Positions 46,381-59,261 of a DNA stretch of 64,000 nucleotides are shown piece by piece (positions within the stretch are counted from its first letter, which is position 1; the number at the start of each line of letters is the position of its first letter). The translations under genes and the position numbers were made by a program. The stretch lies in assembly GCA_951406725.2 (NCBI GenBank), contig OX597835.1, positions 30,380,001 through 30,444,000 of the forward strand. The letters are read 5' to 3'. The notes beneath the pieces are model-generated. The model was not told the origin of the DNA, did no database searches, and saw only the letters and a list, made by a program, of their open reading frames with translations. This stretch comes from Octopus vulgaris (lineage: Eukaryota).

Positions 46381-46911
46381 GGATGCGCATAAGAAAAGGG
46401 AAAGAAGCAAGAGATGTTGATGTTGCTGGTGGCGATGGTTGTGGTTGTTGTGTTTGAAGTGGTGACGATGTCCGTGGTTGTGGCGGGGATGGTGTGGTGG
46501 TGGGGATGCATGTGGTGATGGTTGTGGTGGCGGTAGCTGTAGGGGTGTCGGTGATTGTGGTGATAGCTATGGTTGTAGTGGTGGTGTTGGTGGTCGTCGT
46601 GGTGGTTGTAATAGTGGTTGGTGGTGGTTATGGTAGAGTTGCTGGCTCTAATGTTATTGTTGTTGCTGTTGTTGACAGTGGTGGCTCAGTTGGGGATTGT
46701 GTTGGTTGTGTTGGCCATGGCACAAGTGGTGGTGGTGGTCGAGGTTGTAGTGGTAGTAATGACGAATTTCTACATGAAGGGGTTTTTATTGACGGTATCT
46801 GTGCGAATTTACTTGATAATATTCTACGATGTTTTACCTCCGGCTATTCTTTACGGTGTAGTGTAAGGAGTGGTCCATTGAAGTACCAAAATGAATTAAC
46901 ATACACACACA

Positions 46912-46976
<65 letters not shown>

Positions 46977-47174
46977 ACATACAGTTATATATATATATAT
47001 ACAGCTACACACACACGTATACACATATACACCCCGCATAGCTGCCACTGCTATCTTCACCACAGTAATATTTGGAGTTAATACCATTTCATGCTTATTT
47101 TGAATATAGAATTTAAATTATATGCATTTCTTTTATATTTCTTCAAAAACTGGTCTCTTGTATATGTACGTACG

Positions 47175-47242
<68 letters not shown>

Positions 47243-47270
47243 ACTCTCTCTCTCTCTCTATCTATATATC

Positions 47271-47301
<31 letters not shown>

Positions 47302-47382
47302 ATGTATCTATATTTATCTATCTATCTGTCTCTGTCTGCCTATCGGTCTGTCTATCTGTCTGTCTATTTATCTATCTATACA

Positions 47383-47435
<53 letters not shown>

Positions 47436-47469
47436 CTGTCTGTCTATTTGCAAACGGAACCCCAAAACG

Positions 47470-47511
<42 letters not shown>

Positions 47512-47831
47512 CATAATATAATATAAATATTATATAATTATATGCATATATAGATACATATATGTACATACCTACATATATATACACATATATATGCATA
47601 TATGGGTACAGGACATAAAGAAAACCCTGAACACAATAAGAAACGAAAACATAAAAACAAAACCATAGAAACGAACTTTTTTCAAACAACGAAAAAAACA
47701 TTACAAGACACACAACAAAAGGAATATTCCCCTTCTTCAGTTGTCCCTGTTTCATCTACCCCGCGTTTCGACTTCGGTTTTGGATTTGGTTTGCAAGATT
47801 CTTTACGTGAGTTCGTGTGTCTAAGCATATT

Positions 47832-48088
47832 TTGTTGTGTCTGGGGAGAGTATTTCTCTTTTTAGTGCCTTATTATTTAACACACTCACAGGTAAAGTTT
47901 CCACTCATCTACTTATTTATTTTTCCTAAACAGTTCGTTGCGTCTTGCAACATTTTCAATAATTGTTAACGACTATTGAATAGGTTGTAAAACGAATCGA
48001 AAACTTTAGGAAAAATAAATAAGTAAATGAGGGGAAAGTTTACCGGTGAGTGTGTTAAATAATAAGGCACTCTCCCCAGACACAACAA
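47832..48088. repeat. Inverted pair of Penelope-like terminal repeats
   Basis: agtgccttattatttaacacactcac...ttttcctaaa / tttaggaaaa...gtgagtgtgttaaataataaggcact; degenerate hammerhead-like motifs at centre. Confidence 0.8.
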
Positions 48089-48203
48089 TGTGTATACATA
48101 CATACATACATACATACATACATACATACATACATACATACATACATACATACGTACATATATATATATATAAATATATATATACGTATATGTACATATA
48201 TAC

Positions 48204-48246
<43 letters not shown>

Positions 48247-48307
48247 GTATATATTATATATATATATATGTGTATATATTATATATATATATGTATGTAT
48301 GTACGTA

Positions 48308-48366
<59 letters not shown>

Positions 48367-49463
48367 CACACATATATATATGTGTGTATATATGATATAT
48401 CTTGTGTGTCTTTTACTCTTCTACTTATTTTAGTCATTTTCAGCTGGAATATTTTTTTTAGTCGCAAATCAACGTTTGCACTTGAACTCAGACTTATTTA
48501 ATTCCCTCTATTCTTCCGAACCGCAGTTACGGGGTTGTAAAATTAGAGGTCGAGCAGAGGACAAACAAGACGAAAAGACTTACATAAAAACCCTACACAG
48601 ATATATATATATATAAAATATATATGTAACACTTCTTTCAGTTATGTCTAACATGCACAATTTTCACAGAATGTAGAAAAATTGCAAGTATGGAGTGCGG
48701 TTAAGAAACCATGTGGTAAAGCTATTCCAGCACCTCGTGGCACCTTGAATAATGTTTGTACTATACTCACGGCCGACCAAAGCCCTGTGTGTGAATTCAC
48801 AGGGAGATATAACAAGCCCGGCGAAATTCCATATAAACGTATCTATCTATCTATCTATCTTCTCTATTTCAAACCGATCTATCTATCTTCTATCTGTCAA
48901 TCTATCTATCTATCTATATATACATACATACAGTATGTATGTGATGTATGTGTGTGTATGTACATATATGTGTATGAATGACCAAAATTGTATGATAGAA
49001 AAAGTGTTGTCTCTTGTAGACTGCTAATTCAACAAGTTCCAAAATTTACACCAAAAATGCCCTATGAAAATACTTTTTACGATACTTAATGCTTGTAGCC
49101 AGGTTTTTCAACCGAAAAATGTTAACTTAAAGAGTAACAAGCTACATAATGCTTTGTACTTTTCAAAAATTCAATTCAAAGCAGTTACCAAGAGCAACGC
49201 GAATATATATAGTGTACGACGTTATCACACTTTCTTTCAGAACAGTCTACTTTTCTGAGAAGGGACATTTGAAACCTCACATCCACTGTTTATTTACAAT
49301 AGAGATTGACTGTGGGAGTGATACAAAAAACCAAACAGAAAATTCAAACATTCACACGTACATACACAAATGTGTGTATAAATATATAAATGTATATATA
49401 ACGTACTGATCCGTGACAGAAAATTCAACAAAAATATATTCCATCTGGTGAGAGAGGAATATC

Positions 49464-49727
49464 ATTTATTTAAAGGTCACAATACATGTATTAAAGCACT
49501 ACTAATAGCTTCATACTTTGAGACAACTCAAACATATTATTCAGGCGCAAACCACATCTCATAACGAACTATATGCTGCCTTCTCAGTTTTTTCGCGTTT
49601 CTTCTATCATTCAGTTTCTTTAGTTCGTTTTGATATGTGGTTTGCGACTGAAGAATATGTTTGAGTCCTCTCAACACATGAAACTTTCAGTATCATTTTA
49701 ATCTATGCATTGTGATCTTTAAATAGA
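49464..49727. repeat. Diverged inverted repeat (about 105-bp arms), each arm with a hammerhead-like motif
   Basis: Arms about 49464-49571 and 49621-49727; right arm CTGAAGA atatgtttgagtcctctcaacacat GAAAC tttca GTA. Confidence 0.7.
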
Positions 49728-49739
49728 TAAATAATAGAT

Positions 49740-49927
49740 AGATCGTTGGCCATTACACACATTTTTTTTCTCTCGTTGTTTCTCTCCTTTTTTCTGTGTC
49801 CTTTTCTGTAGAAGAGCGTAGGCTCGAAACGTAAAATACATTTTCTATTCCTGAGCGTTTATACTAATACATCTGTTTGTTTTGTACACCACTTGTCTTC
49901 GTCTTTTGTGTTTTTCGTAAATTCTCC

Positions 49928-49928
<1 letters not shown>
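49740..49928 (+). mobile_element. Same family as 24270-24470
   Basis: ctttt CTGTAGA a gagc gtag gctc GAAA cg TA aaa. Confidence 0.7.
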
Positions 49929-49970
<42 letters not shown>

Positions 49971-50245
49971 CAGGCGAATCAAAAAAATCAAATCAAATAT
50001 ATGTGTGTGCTTGTGAATGTATGTGTGAGAGTGTGTGTGCTTGTTTGTGTGTGTGTATGTGTATAAAAACAAAACATGAAAACAACAAAAGTCAAAAGAC
50101 ACTCGTAGAAAGATTAAGATGAAACAAACAGTGGGTGTGAGGTTTCAAGTATGTCCCTTCGTCAGAAAAAGGTAAGAGGCGAATGTCTGAAGAAAAGAAA
50201 AGAATAGTCCGAAAATAACCCGTGTATCGCTACATATATATATTA

Positions 50246-50630
50246 CTAGCGTTGCTCGGGTTTGTTTCGACTCTTTAGAATTGGAATTTTTGAAAAGTAA
50301 AACTTTTGCATTATGTAGCTTGTTATTCTCTTTAAGTTAACATTTTTCTGGTTGAAATATACCAAAAATGGCGACACAGCATTAAAGAAAATATCGTAAA
50401 AAGAAAGGATTTTCATAGAAAAAAAGCACCTTTTTGGTGTAAATAATTTGTTGTGTTAACTTGGTCCGATTTGAATTTTTTCTCCTACGGAAGGAAGAGC
50501 AAGCCTTTTTCTATCATACCCCCAATTTTGGTCAACTTGCGCCGCAGGGTTTCGGAGGAGATAGTGTTAGTTGTAGGCTACCAAACCTGCCACACACAGA
50601 CAACTTCAGCTTTATATATATATATGTAGA
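50246..50630 (-). mobile_element. Non-autonomous Helitron
   Basis: Minus strand 5' a|TCtacatatatatataaagctgaagttgtctgtgtg, 3' aaacccgagcaacg CTAG|t (half of hairpin lost); ends match 61733-62367. Confidence 0.75.
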
Positions 50631-50819
50631 TTGACGCCATAAGACTTTCTAAACTTTCGGTAGAACGTGAAATAATTCGATTTTAGAAATGGATCTCCAG
50701 TGTACAAGAATTTATTAGGAATTTCTTTGCCGGGCTTGTTATATACTTTCCCTGTGACACTAAAGCAAAGACAACATTCCGTATTATATGAGAACCGTGA
50801 CTCATATACATACATACCA

Positions 50820-51262
50820 TAGGCACAGAGGTAGCTGTATGGTAACTAGCTTGTTTACCAACCACATGGTTTCGGGTTAAATCCCACTGCGTGGCAACTT
50901 AAGCAAGTGTTTTCTACTATAGCCTCTGGGCCTACCAAAGACTTGTGCGTGGATTTGGTAGACGGTAACTGAAAGAAGCCCGTCGTATACATATATATTT
51001 ATATATATATATATATATGTGTATGTGTGTGTGTGTGTGTATGTAAGTGTTTGTGCGTCTGTGTTTGTCCTCCCACATCGCTTGACAATCGATGCTGGTG
51101 TGTTTACGTCCCCGTAACCTAGCGGTTCGGCAAAATAGACCGATAGAATAAGTACTAGGCTTACAAAGAATAAGTCCTGGGGTCGATTTGCCCGACTAAA
51201 TAAGGTGCTCCAGCATGGCCACAGTCAAATGACTAAAATAAGTAGAAGAGTAAAAGACGAAA
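50820..51262 (+). mobile_element. SINE family A, full length
   Basis: All family A motifs present. Confidence 0.9.
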
Positions 51263-51316
51263 AGAGTATATATATTTATATATACACACACATATATATA
51301 TATGTGTGTGTGTATG

Positions 51317-51362
<46 letters not shown>

Positions 51363-52053
51363 CATTTATATATACATATATATACAATACACACACACAT
51401 TTTGTAACCCAAGCTGTTATATTTAATTTGTTCATTCGCAAAATTGCCTCTCTCTCTCTCTACATATATGTAAATGTAGTATGTATACACGCATACACAT
51501 CTCTCAATATATATATACATATATTTATATATGTATTTATATATATATATGTATATATATATACATATATTCATATATATGTGTAAATATTTATATACAC
51601 ACACATACACACATGTTCATGTGCATATATACATATCAAATACTAAAAAAATCCGAAGGATTTGCTTTATCTCATACATATTTATTTCTCTCTTAATTCT
51701 GGATTTCATTAATCCTGCGTCTTCCGTCCATTAGTTCAACGTTTAAATAAATTATCTGATTGGCTCAGGTTCCTATGAAATATCCTGTTTGAAGTTGCGC
51801 AATATGCTAGATATAGCAGTTAAATTTCCATTGAATGTATGTCGGGCACTGGAATATCGTTAAATCTAATATTGCTGAATTATAGCTGACCTGAGGCTAA
51901 ATAACAGCAACAGCAGCAGCAACGCAACCACCAAATAAAGCAGACGTTATAGAGGGAGAGAGAGAGAGAGAGAGAGAAAGAGAGGGGAAGCTGAGGACTC
52001 AGTAGAGGAGCTACATCCACCTCAATGCTCAACCGGTACTTATTTGACCGGAG

Positions 52054-52288
52054 GGCGGCGAGCTGGCGGAAGCGTTAGCATATCGGGCGAAATGCGTAGC
52101 CGTTTTTCGTCTGTCGTTACGTTCTGAGTTCAAATTCCGCCGAGGTCGACTTTGCCTTTCATACTTTCGGGGTCGATAAATTAAGTACCAGTTACGCACT
52201 GGGGTCGATATAATCGACTTAATCCCTTTGTCTGTCCTTGTTTGTCCTCTTTGTGTTTAGCGCCTTTTGGGTAGTAAAGAAATAGGTA
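52054..52288 (+). mobile_element. SINE family B, full length
   Basis: ggcggcgagctggcggaagcgttagc head, gagttcaaattcc B box, gcctttcatactttcggggtcgataaattaagtaccag central domain. Confidence 0.85.
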
Positions 52289-52510
52289 CTTATTTGATCG
52301 ACCTCGAAATGACAGCAAAGTTATCACGCTGGAATGTGAAATCTGGACGTAAAGACGGACGAAATGCTGCTAAGCATTTTCTCAGCATGCCAACGATTCA
52401 ACCAGCTCGTAGCCTTATATCGCTAGCAGCCTCATATATATATATTATTGCTATGGACTACGTGTGGGCAGTCATCTAAAAGTTTTTGTTCGTCATGATG
52501 CTGACATAAG

Positions 52511-52609
52511 TTCCTTGTCTTTCCTGATGAGAAGGCGGCATAATGTACCCTTTATTCCTTCGGAATTGAGAATATGCAGTCTTCGAAACATATGTCGAGT
52601 ATAAAGGAA
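52511..52609 (+). ncRNA. Type I hammerhead ribozyme, canonical core, GUC site
   Basis: CTGATGA 52524-52530; stem II gaaggc/gtcttc extended by gcata/tatgc; GAAA 52585-52588; palindromic acatatgt stem III; GTC 52594-52596; stem I ttc/gag extended by ttcctt/aaggaa. Confidence 0.8.
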
Positions 52610-52642
52610 TTTTGTTAAATCGTCGTTCGACTCCATTCTTTC

Positions 52643-52716
<74 letters not shown>

Positions 52717-53178
52717 GGCTGGCCAGATTGGAGCAATCTCAAGAATAACCAGCCGAAATTGTGAGGATAATCTGGTGCTTGATTAAAGAAGGCAAGCTTC
52801 GAATGACCCGTCCTTGTTGTCTTCGTATCGTCTATCTGTATGTTTTGTTGTCCCTTTTTGTGTCACCTAGTTGTCCGCATGCTTTGCGATCTTGTCCCAT
52901 TTTGTATTTTATATATATACACATATATATATAAAATTAGGAAAAAAACACCTTTTATTAATTCAAAATGAACAATTAGATTACACCATCTAGAAAATTA
53001 CATATAATAGAAAAATTAAAATTAAAATTACAATAAAATTTAAAGATTAAGTAAATTGCAAAAAATAATAATAAAAACGTATATAATAGGTAGAAAAATA
53101 AGTTTGGATTTTATTCCCTCAAATAATAATTATATATATATATATATTTATATATATAACGGCGTACGTACACTCTGT

Positions 53179-53220
<42 letters not shown>

Positions 53221-53221
53221 C

Positions 53222-53766
53222 TTTTCTGTAGAGAAAAAAACTTCATCTTATATTAATAGTAGACTTATTACTACTCGCTATAGGGACCGGTAACCAATAT
53301 AACTTGTAGTGGCGAACAGTCAACACGTTGTACTGAGGCTGACCTAAGAATTTTTATTTTTAGATATAACTGGGGTACTTAAACGTACTCATGTTTTTTG
53401 CTTCGTCTTTTTCCATGGGCGCATGTAAGTATCTTATTTATATTCTTTCGTAAGCTCTACTGAAGAGGAATAAGTCTTTTATTTGATTAATTCCGAAATT
53501 GATTCAATATAGAGATAACGAATTTTAAAAATTCTAACGGCCAGCTTGCCCGACTTCAGTTCTTCGATTTTTGCTGTAGCGAGTAAATTATATGTGGAAA
53601 TTGACGATTTAATAGTCTGTTATCAGCATATTGGCTTTGAAATAATTTTCTTTAGCTCTTACTTATAAGTTGTTTATAATTTTAAACGTAAAGGTATTTT
53701 AATATGCTGCCACATTTCCTCAGGGAATTTTTTTCTGTAGAAAAAAACTTCATCCTATATTAGTAG

Positions 53767-53768
<2 letters not shown>
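53222..53768 (+). mobile_element. Retrozyme-like / Penelope pLTR-like unit, 509-bp period with about 40-bp terminal redundancy
   Basis: ttttctgtagagaaaaaaacttcatcttatattaatagta at 53222-53261 repeated at 53731-53768; central hammerhead; (TA)n on both sides. Confidence 0.7.
53455..53514 (+). ncRNA. Type I hammerhead ribozyme, fully canonical
   Basis: Stem I ctcta/tagag; CTGAAGA 53460-53466; stem II ggaat/attcc extended by agtc/gatt; GAAA 53495-53498; stem III attg/caat with att loop; AUA triplet, predicted cut after 53509. Confidence 0.88.
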
Positions 53769-53797
<29 letters not shown>

Positions 53798-54254
53798 GCA
53801 ACAGTGTTCCTTAGCATTCAAAATTATGCTTTTGCCCAACTTTGTATTTTGAAAAGACTCACATGTATGTATGTATGTATGTATGTATGTATGTATGTAT
53901 GTATGTATGTATGTATGTATGTATGTATGTATGTATGTATGTATGTAGGTAGGTAGGTAGGTAGGTAGGTAGGTAGGTAGGTCGGTTTGTATGTATGTAT
54001 GTTTAGAGGAAGGGAACCAGGTCTCAGCGTATATCCAATGTAATATATAGGTAATATAATCGTCCGACTGTTTAAAAAATAAATCATTTTCTCTTTATAA
54101 ACGTACATTCTTCTATCTCACTGTATTTTTTGTATCCCTTGAAAATCGGTCACGTGGCGTGACATCCCTCCTTCTTTCAGTAAAGACACCCATGGCGTCG
54201 GAGACAACCCCGACGTATAAGACCGAGGACGACAAGGGCGACAACAATGAATAT

Positions 54255-54830
54255 ACTATGATGATGATGACGATGATGATGATGACGACGATGATGATGA
54301 CGACGTTGTCGATGAGAAAAATGATGATAATGATGATGATGACGATGATGATGATGATGGTGATGATGATGTTGATGATGATGATGGCCGCGACGACGAC
54401 GATGATAGCGATGACGATGATGCTGATGATATTGATAACGACGATGACGACGATGATGAATATGACGTTGATGAGAACGACGATGATAATGATGATGATT
54501 ATGATGATGATGATGACGGTGACGTTGATGATGATGACGGTGATGATGCTGATGCTGATGCTTGTGATGAAGATGATGGTGATGATGATGCTGGAGGTGA
54601 GTGTGATGATGATGATGATGATGGTAATGATGGAGGTGTTGATGATTATGGTGATGATAGTAGTAGTGTTGTTGGTAGTGATGATGGTGATGATGGTGAT
54701 GATGAGGACGTCGATGATGTGGATAATGATGATGATGGTGAAGGTTGCTGCGGTGTAGTCGGTGGTAGTGGTGGTGCTTGTGGTGAAACTTTGATGATGA
54801 TATAACCAAGATAACGATGATGATAAATGG
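54255..54830. repeat. Degenerate (GAT)n trinucleotide tract
   Basis: Direct inspection. Confidence 0.95.
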
Positions 54831-55241
54831 AATCCGGGTATAATCACTTTCCCTCCGACGTCAATAATTTTGGTCGGGTTGGTGGTGCGGTGTTGGGCTG
54901 GGAAGGAGTGTCGGATGATATCCGAAAGTGGTACAAGTGATTAGTATTTTGGCAGGTCTATTTAAGAAGATGTTTAGAGTAATGAGAAGCAAATGGGTGA
55001 GGAGGAGGAGGTGGTAGTGGTGGTGGAGATGAATAAAAAGAGAAGGGAAGAGAAGGAAGAGGAGGAGAAAAGAAGACGAACTAACAACTCTAACGAAAAT
55101 AACAACCAACAAAATGTTTAAAGACTTGTAATAGCAATAGACAGTTACTAAATGGATACGAAATATGAGTTTACAACCGCACAGGCAAATATATTTATGA
55201 TTTCAGTAACTCTCTCCTCTCATAGATGTGTACGTGTGTCC

Positions 55242-55277
<36 letters not shown>

Positions 55278-55322
55278 GGACACACATATTTTATTTATTT
55301 ATTAATTTATTTTATTTATTTA

Positions 55323-55370
<48 letters not shown>

Positions 55371-55439
55371 CGAAACACGGAGTAGACGAAACAGAGGCGG
55401 CTGAAGAAGGGGAATTTTCCTTGTGTTGTATGTCTGTTA

Positions 55440-55625
55440 CTCTGTTTTTTTCGTTCTTTAAAAAAATGTCCGTTTCCTTGGTTTTGTTTTTATGTTTTCG
55501 TTTCTCATTGTGTTCGACGTTTTATTTTTTTAGTGTCCTGTACCTATATATGCATGTATATATATACATATAGATGTAGGTACGTACATGTATGTATGTA
55601 TATATGCATATGTTTTATTTATTAT

Positions 55626-55688
<63 letters not shown>

Positions 55689-55960
55689 TATATATATATA
55701 TATAACAAAACTGGGAGGAAGGGAAGTGGGACGAAACGACGAATCGAATCGACCCTGACGCGAACGCGCTGTCAGACAATAATGTAATAAATAAAATATA
55801 TGCATGCATACAAACATATATGTACGTACCTACATCTACATGTATATATACATGCATATATAAATATATATACGTGAGTACAGGACACTGCAACTAGACG
55901 TAGAACTCAACGAAAAACGAAAACGGACAAGCCATATTTTTACAACAAAAAAAACAGAGA
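55440..55960. repeat. Diverged inverted pair of a dispersed repeat (third copy at 47520-47772 minus)
   Basis: agtgtcctgtac...tagatgtaggtacgtacat...ttttatttatta versus taataaataaaa...atgtacgtacctacatcta...gtacaggacact. Confidence 0.65.
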
Positions 55961-56014
55961 CGAAACGGAAACGGGAAAAACATTATTTTTTACAACAGAA
56001 AAACAAGATATGTA

Positions 56015-56374
56015 CAGAATGATTCAAAAGTCTCCATACATGGGAATTTATTTTTTTTATAAGATCCCCTAGATCCCCTGATCTGATCCCTCTTGATTTC
56101 TGTCTTTGGGGGCATTTGAAAGGCACGGTGTATCGCGGAAAGATAAAAGACATAAATTATTTGAAAGAACGCATCACCAGCGGCGCATTTGCACACGCAT
56201 CATTAGATGTGCTATAACGAGTTCACAGTGAATGGGGTTAACGTATTGCAACGTGTTTTCAAAACAATGGTTACCATATAGAGCCTATTAAATACAAAAA
56301 AAAACTGTTCTTATAAACTGTTTCTTATAAAAAGATAAATTGTTCCTATGTATGGCGACTTTTGAATCACCCTG
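56015..56374 (+). mobile_element. Internally deleted mariner-like element (rosa DD41D / maT DD37D type)
   Basis: TA-flanked TIRs cagaatgattcaaaagtctccatacat / atgtatggcgacttttgaatcaccctg; internal 56068-56290 translates PRSPDLIPLDFCLWGHLKGTVYRGKIKDINYLKERIT...CFQNNGYHIE with stops. Confidence 0.88.
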
Positions 56375-56378
56375 TATA

Positions 56379-57540
56379 CAGTGGGGGCAAATAAATATTC
56401 GTAAATGTCAAAATTCTTTATTTAATTTCTAATGAACATAAATGGGATACAACAATATTATATTTGCATACACATGCATAAACTAAGAATATGCAAAAGA
56501 AACTAATACATAATTGTAACTAATGAATTTATATACAATTATATAAAAAATTATATACAATTATATACAATTATATACAATTATATAAAAAAGTATTCGT
56601 ATAGAATACATTTATGATATTCTATGCCACAAAATGCTGTTAAATTTTTTTTTTTTTTTCACTAGAATTTACTCGTTTGTTCCCATAATCTTATCAGTTG
56701 TCATTTTTAAGTGTCAAAACACTAGCTTCTTCATTCAGCATTGAGACAACATAAAGTAGTATCGAAGTAATGGCGAAAAGTAAAGAACACACAAATTCAG
56801 TGAAAAACTTATTTATTGAACACTGGAAAGCAGATAAAAGTTACAGAAAAATATCAGAGACCCTTTGTATTCCATTTTCTATCGTATCTTCATTTATTCA
56901 AAAATATAAAAAATCGGGAACTGTTGAAAACAGAATAAGATCCGGTGCACCACGCAAGATTTCCCCTAGATCTTTAAGAAAAAATGAAGCGAAGAATCGA
57001 AAATAACGCAAGGATCACCAGAAAGGAGTCGCAAGAAGATTTGCTAACTTCAGGGACTACTGTTACACTATGAACAATCAGCAAGAACTTCATAGTAATG
57101 AACTGAAGTCACGCTCTCCTAGAAAATCTCCGCTGTTGACTAAAAAGCATAGAGATGCCCATTTAAAATTTGTTCATGAACGTAAAGATAAATCTGATAC
57201 ATTCTGGGAAAATATTCTATGGACAGACGATCGAAAATTGAATTGTTCGGACGAAATTCGAATAGCCATGTTTGGAAGAAAGATCGTACCTCCTATTCGC
57301 CGAAAAACGCAATTCCTACCGTAAAGTTTGGAGGTGGCACCATTATTGGTGTGGGGGTGTTTCTCTGCTAATGGTACTGGCAATTTACATGTGATAGGTT
57401 GTAGAATGAATGCAGAAATGTACCAAAATATTTTGATCAATAATTTATGGGACTCCAGCTTTGTGAAGGGTGGGTTTTACAACAGGGTAACGACCCTAAG
57501 CACACGGCGAAGTCTACTAACAATGGATTGTCGATCACAG
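56379..57540 (+). mobile_element. Tc1-family transposon, 3'-truncated
   Basis: TA|CAGTGGGGGCAAATAAATATTCG left TIR followed by transposase pseudogene; no right TIR, a SINE B follows. Confidence 0.9.
56770..57535 (+). pseudogene. Tc1-like transposase pseudogene
   Basis: MAKSKEH...SYRKISETL...RSGAPRKIS (paired-like HTH), PRKSPLLTKKH...FWENILWTD (first D), VWGCFS, QQGNDPKHT (second D); frameshifts and stops; third catalytic residue missing. Confidence 0.92.
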
Positions 57541-57555
57541 TATAAAATTATCATT

Positions 57556-57770
57556 CCGCATGTATGTCCTTGTTTGTCCCCTCTGTGTTTAGCCCCTTGT
57601 GGATAATAAAGAAATAGGTATTTCGTTTGTCTTCACGTTCTAAGTTCAATTTCCGCCGAGGTCGACTTTGCCTTTCATCATTTCGGGATTGATAAATTAA
57701 GTACCAGTTGCGTACTGGAGTCGATCTCCCCACAAAAATTTCGAGCCTTGTGCTTAGATTAGAAAAAGAA
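57556..57770 (+). mobile_element. SINE family B fragments (tail followed by body of a second copy)
   Basis: gtccttgtttgtcccctctgtgtttagccccttgtgg...aaagaaata then ccgccgaggtcgactttgcctttcatc. Confidence 0.8.
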
Positions 57771-58022
57771 TGTAACTATAGGCTTATTGATACGTACACC
57801 TGTACAAATAGTTTTATGATATGTGTGTTTGTGTATATATGTGGATATATGCATAGATACCTCCATGCACGTACATACGTATACATATAACATTTATACA
57901 CTTACGTACACACACACGCACATAATATATATATGCATACATAAAAAGAGAGGGAGAGAGAGAAAGAGAGGTGTGTTTATAAATATGCATGAATATGTAT
58001 ATATATATGCAACATCTATATA

Positions 58023-58090
<68 letters not shown>

Positions 58091-58226
58091 CATATATATG
58101 CCTGTATATATATATACATAGGTACATATATATACATATATACATGCATATATGTAAGTATACATTTGCATACATTCATACATACATGTACATACATACA
58201 TATATATACATATATGCATATATATG

Positions 58227-58290
<64 letters not shown>

Positions 58291-58302
58291 TACATACATA
58301 CA

Positions 58303-58361
<59 letters not shown>

Positions 58362-58826
58362 GTGTGTAAGTGGCAGGTTATGTGCCGGGTGATCTTTATG
58401 TATATGTGCGTACATGTATGTATGTATTTATACATTTATGTATGTGTACGCACCTACCCACAAACAATACAAAATAATGTACGTGTCGAATATGCTACCC
58501 ATACTAAACCGGGTATTTTATTCGGGTACACGCCTGCCTGATTAGAATTTTATTTCTTATTATATTTCTTTGTATTTTTGTACCTTTTTCCGGCGACCTT
58601 CCGATAATTTGCGAAAACAAACAACAACAAATATCCCTTGGTTGACTTGACCTTTTTTAGGGGTCCGTAATTTGACCCCTCGATTCTCGACTTCGTTTAG
58701 GGATTAGTTGAATCATATTCCGCTATTCATTCCTTCAATTCATTTTGTGTCGATCAGAGACTAGAGCATTAGTAAATAACAAAGGATTAGAGTGTTAGAT
58801 AGGGTGGGTAGGTGGATAGATAGATG

Positions 58827-58865
<39 letters not shown>

Positions 58866-58909
58866 TGATAGATAGATAGATAGACAGATTGAGAGACACA
58901 CAGACAGGT

Positions 58910-58961
<52 letters not shown>

Positions 58962-58962
58962 T

Positions 58963-59016
<54 letters not shown>

Positions 59017-59261
59017 TAGATAGATAGATATAGAGAGAGAGAAGTAGATAGATAGATACATACATCCATACATACATACATACAGAGAAGGATGAATAGA
59101 TATATAGATAAATCGGTGGATATAAATACATATATGTAGATTGAAATATAAGTAGAGACGAATTTAAAACGAGGAATAAGTAGATAGATGTAAGTAAATG
59201 CTAGATAGATTGCTTAATAGAGATGTCGCATGTCAGTTATAGTGAAATAAATTTGAATATT

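Noticed and set aside
54159-54847. Poly-Met, poly-His and Asp-rich frames resembling acidic biomineral proteins
   Set aside because: Arise from a degenerate (GAT)n repeat; the Asp frame has upstream stops and no start or signal peptide
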